The notes under the pieces are model-generated. The model saw nothing but the letters and a program-made list of their open reading frames with translations. It ran no database searches and was not told the DNA's origin. From positions 1 through 28,323 of IMG/VR virus record IMGVR_UViG_3300017747_001300: DNA of 28,323 bases; one strand, given 5' to 3'. The DNA comes from a virus. Lineage: Duplodnaviria > Caudoviricetes. The translations under genes and the position numbers were made by a program. Positions 26,367 to 28,323 of this stretch are shown here, piece after piece (within the stretch, counting starts at the first letter, position 1; each line of letters begins with the position of its first letter).

Positions 26367-26589
26367 GGGCCGGCCAGCTGCCGGCCGCGAACCGGGGCCG
26401 GCTCGGGTTCGGCCGGTTCGGCCATTGGTTCGGAGCTGACCGAATTGACCCAAAGCCCGAGCGGATTTTTACGCGCAGCGCATGCGCGAGCCCCGGTTTA
26501 CGGCCGTTTCTGCGCGCCATCGGTTTAGGTCACTTCGGCCATTTAGTCACTCCGGGAAAGTCGCGCCGGCGCGACGCCTAGGAAAACCC

Positions 26590-26609
26590 TACTGTAATTC
26601 TATACAGTA
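26590..26609. promoter_or_regulatory. LexA (SOS) box
   Basis: TACTGTAATTCTATACAGTA is CTGT-N8-ACAG with TA flanks, 17/20 identical to the E. coli consensus TACTGTATATATATACAGTA. Confidence 0.8.
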
Positions 26610-26770
26610 TTTTCATTTTCTTTTAGTCCAAACAAATAAACGACCGAATTGACCGAACAAAGGCAAAAAAGCTAGTCGCGACGCGGCCTTGACTATGGGT
26701 CACGTCATCTCGCCGGCCGACCGAATCCCGACCGAAAACGGCCGCAATTGACCGAACACGCCGACGCAAA

Positions 26771-26815
26771 AAACCGTAAAAACAAATTGTCGTTTTTACG
26801 GTTTCCCGTTAAAAT
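26771..26815 (+). promoter_or_regulatory. early promoter overlapped by a 13 bp perfect inverted repeat
   Basis: AAACCGTAAAAAC-N8-GTTTTTACGGTTT (26771-26804). TTGTCG (26787), N17, TAAAAT (26810). Confidence 0.65.
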
Positions 26816-26846
26816 GAATTTCCGTTTTTTATTGGAGACCCAAATC

Positions 26847-27158
26847 ATGCCCGCCAAATCCCTGATTCTCAAGCCGACGACCTTTGCCGACTTCGCTGCG
26901 CTCTATCGTTTTCTGCGCGCCGAACCGATGCGCAAGCTCTTATCGTCTGGTCAAGTCGAGACAATCGCTGACATTCTCGACGCCAGTCTGCCGGGCGACG
27001 TCGCTCTAGAGCAGCGCACGCCGAAGGGTGCCACTTATGTGCATCTCGACGGCGACTTTTTCGGCTCGGTCACTCAAGCCGGCCGATTTATCGCGCCAGC
27101 TGGCCCGGCCAAGATGGGCGCGCCAATGACGCGCCGACAAATCCCGACAAAAATCTAG
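26847..27158 (+). CDS. hypothetical early protein
   Basis: ATG 26847 after GGAG, downstream of the promoter. The track start at 26748 lies inside regulatory DNA. Confidence 0.7.
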   Translation: MPAKSLILKPTTFADFAALYRFLRAEPMRKLLSSGQVETIADILDASLPGDVALEQRTPKGATYVHLDGDFFGSVTQAGRFIAPAGPAKMGAPMTRRQIPTKI

Positions 27159-27163
27159 GGGCT

Positions 27164-27205
27164 TGTAAAAGAATGTTTGACAATGGCCCGCGATTTTCCG
27201 ACACT
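27164..27205 (+). promoter_or_regulatory. promoter with an operator-like palindrome
   Basis: TGTAAA-N7-TTGACA, then TTGACA-N17-GACACT. Confidence 0.55.
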
Positions 27206-27261
27206 GTCTTTACCGCGCGCGATTGATGCGCGGCAACTAAACCGAAAAGGGGTAACGCAAC

Positions 27262-27450
27262 ATGACCAAATCAGAAAAACGCGAAGTGGCAAAGATCAAG
27301 CAATTTCACGCGGCCGGGCTCGGCGTCGACTTCGTGGCGTGCGCCATGTCAGCGCTGATTCGATCGGCGATGACGAACCGATCGAAGATCGAATTGTCCC
27401 GCGTCGCGGCCGATCTTGAGTGCCAGCGCCATCCTAAATTCATTGTCTGA
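27262..27450 (+). CDS. hypothetical early protein
   Basis: AAGGGG RBS, 62 aa. Confidence 0.7.
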   Translation: MTKSEKREVAKIKQFHAAGLGVDFVACAMSALIRSAMTNRSKIELSRVAADLECQRHPKFIV

Positions 27451-27464
27451 CAAGGGGCCCGGCC

Positions 27465-27593
27465 ATGATCTATCACTACGAGACGACCCGGGCCGGCGCC
27501 GAACGCTACTTGGCGCGCGAGCTGCGCGCCGGCCGCCGGGGCTACATCCTAGAGCTTCACTCTGCCAATTTTGAAATTCGCACTTGGAGATAA
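27465..27593 (+). CDS. small hypothetical early protein (42 aa)
   Basis: Not in the track. MIYHYETTRAGAERYLARELRAGRRGYILELHSANFEIRTWR with an AAGGGG RBS. Confidence 0.6.
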   Translation: MIYHYETTRAGAERYLARELRAGRRGYILELHSANFEIRTWR

Positions 27594-27598
27594 ACACC

Positions 27599-27862
27599 AT
27601 GAGAATGCAACAAATCGCCGTCGCGGTTTTTAACGATCGCGCCACCGAAACCGCCCGCGCTGCCGCGCTGGCCGCCTTTGTCGCCGGCGCCGACTGGGGC
27701 GCGGCCGTGCACCGGCTGCTGCCGGTCGTCTGCGCCGAGCTGAAAAAACCGATTTACGCCGGCGTGCAATTCGACGCGCCGGCGTGGTCGGCCGCTGCCG
27801 AAGTGCTGGAGATGGAATACGCGCACGCGCTCGACGCGAAGCGCGAAGGGGCCAGCGCATGA
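27599..27862 (+). CDS. hypothetical early protein
   Basis: GGAG RBS before ATG 27599, ATGA overlap with the next gene. Confidence 0.7.
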   Translation: MRMQQIAVAVFNDRATETARAAALAAFVAGADWGAAVHRLLPVVCAELKKPIYAGVQFDAPAWSAAAEVLEMEYAHALDAKREGASA

Positions 27863-28323
27863 GCTACCGCGTACACCTAAGCCCGAAATCGGCCAACGTG
27901 AAAACCGGCCCTATCCCCGTCTCGACGTCCGAGCGCGCGACGTGCCCGGCCGACTGCGCTATGCGCGCCGAATGCTACGCGGCCGCCGGGCCGCTCGCGC
28001 TGCACTGGGCGGCCGTCTCGACCGGCCAGCGCGGCCAGCTCTGGCCCGAATTCGTCGCGGCCGTGGCCGCGCTGCCGGCCGGCCAGCTCTGGCGCCACAA
28101 TCAAGCCGGCGACTTACCCGGCGACGGCCAGACGGTCGACCCGGCCGCGCTCGGCCAGCTGGTGGCCGCAAACCGTGGCCGCCGGGGCTTCACTTACTCG
28201 CATTACCGCGACGCCGAGTCGCTGCGCTGGATTCGGGCGGCCAATGAATGGGGCTTTACCGTCAATCTATCGGCCAATGATCTGGCCGACGCCGACGCGC
28301 TCGCGGCCACCGGGGCCGGCCCG
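27859..28323 (+). CDS. GP88/DUF7227-like Cys-motif protein, runs off the right edge
   Basis: Not in the track. MSYRVHLSPKSANVKTGPIPVSTSERATCPADCAMRAECYAAAGPL...LWRHNQAGDL...GFTYSH...GFTVNLSAN. Confidence 0.7.
   Translation, partial: MSYRVHLSPKSANVKTGPIPVSTSERATCPADCAMRAECYAAAGPLALHWAAVSTGQRGQLWPEFVAAVAALPAGQLWRHNQAGDLPGDGQTVDPAALGQLVAANRGRRGFTYSHYRDAESLRWIRAANEWGFTVNLSANDLADADALAATGAGP

Larger units (their letters stand above)
26030..26571. repeat. 44 bp imperfect inverted repeat (26030-26073 / 26528-26571)
   Basis: Perfect 17 bp core AAATGGCCGAAGTGACC (26057-26073) versus GGTCACTTCGGCCATTT (26528-26544), extending without gaps to TCGC-R-CCGGCG. Confidence 0.85.

Noticed and set aside
25927-26581. 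Several short ORFs, some sharing a GHFGHLV peptide
   Set aside because: The shared peptide is just the translation of the DNA inverted repeat. The ORFs are low-complexity and lack an RBS.
1-28323. tRNA, integrase, transposon or alternative genetic code
   Set aside because: No cloverleaf, recombinase or transposase was recognised. Genes are intact under the standard code and use TAA, TGA and TAG as stops.

Overview
A 28.3 kb segment of a GC-rich, P22-like podovirus genome. A LexA box suggests a Beta/Gammaproteobacterial host. Left to right: (i) the start of a leftward replication operon (DUF2800-type PD-(D/E)XK nuclease, truncated); (ii) a divergent promoter and a rightward operon (VRR-NUC nuclease, SNF2 helicase, a modular accessory gene, small ORFs); (iii) a 21.5 kb minus-strand late operon, in transcription order terS, terL, small basic proteins, portal, Dps/ferritin-like gene, three tail/receptor-binding genes, scaffold, P22-type coat, decoration-like proteins, gp4/gp10-like tail proteins, cupin, three ejection proteins, lysis genes; (iv) an ~830 bp structured non-coding locus (26018-26846) with iteron-like nonamer clusters, a 44 bp inverted repeat, palindromes and a near-consensus LexA box in an AT-rich core; (v) rightward early genes with a skewed oligonucleotide vocabulary, ending in a truncated Cys-motif (GP88-like) gene. 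Most notable: the LexA-box-centred origin/terminus-like locus, apparent absence of CCWGG from the whole window, local absence of CCTC/GAGG in the early region, and a shared operator-like motif at three promoter regions. Family assignments come from motif recognition and synteny, not database searches. Motif counts are manual.
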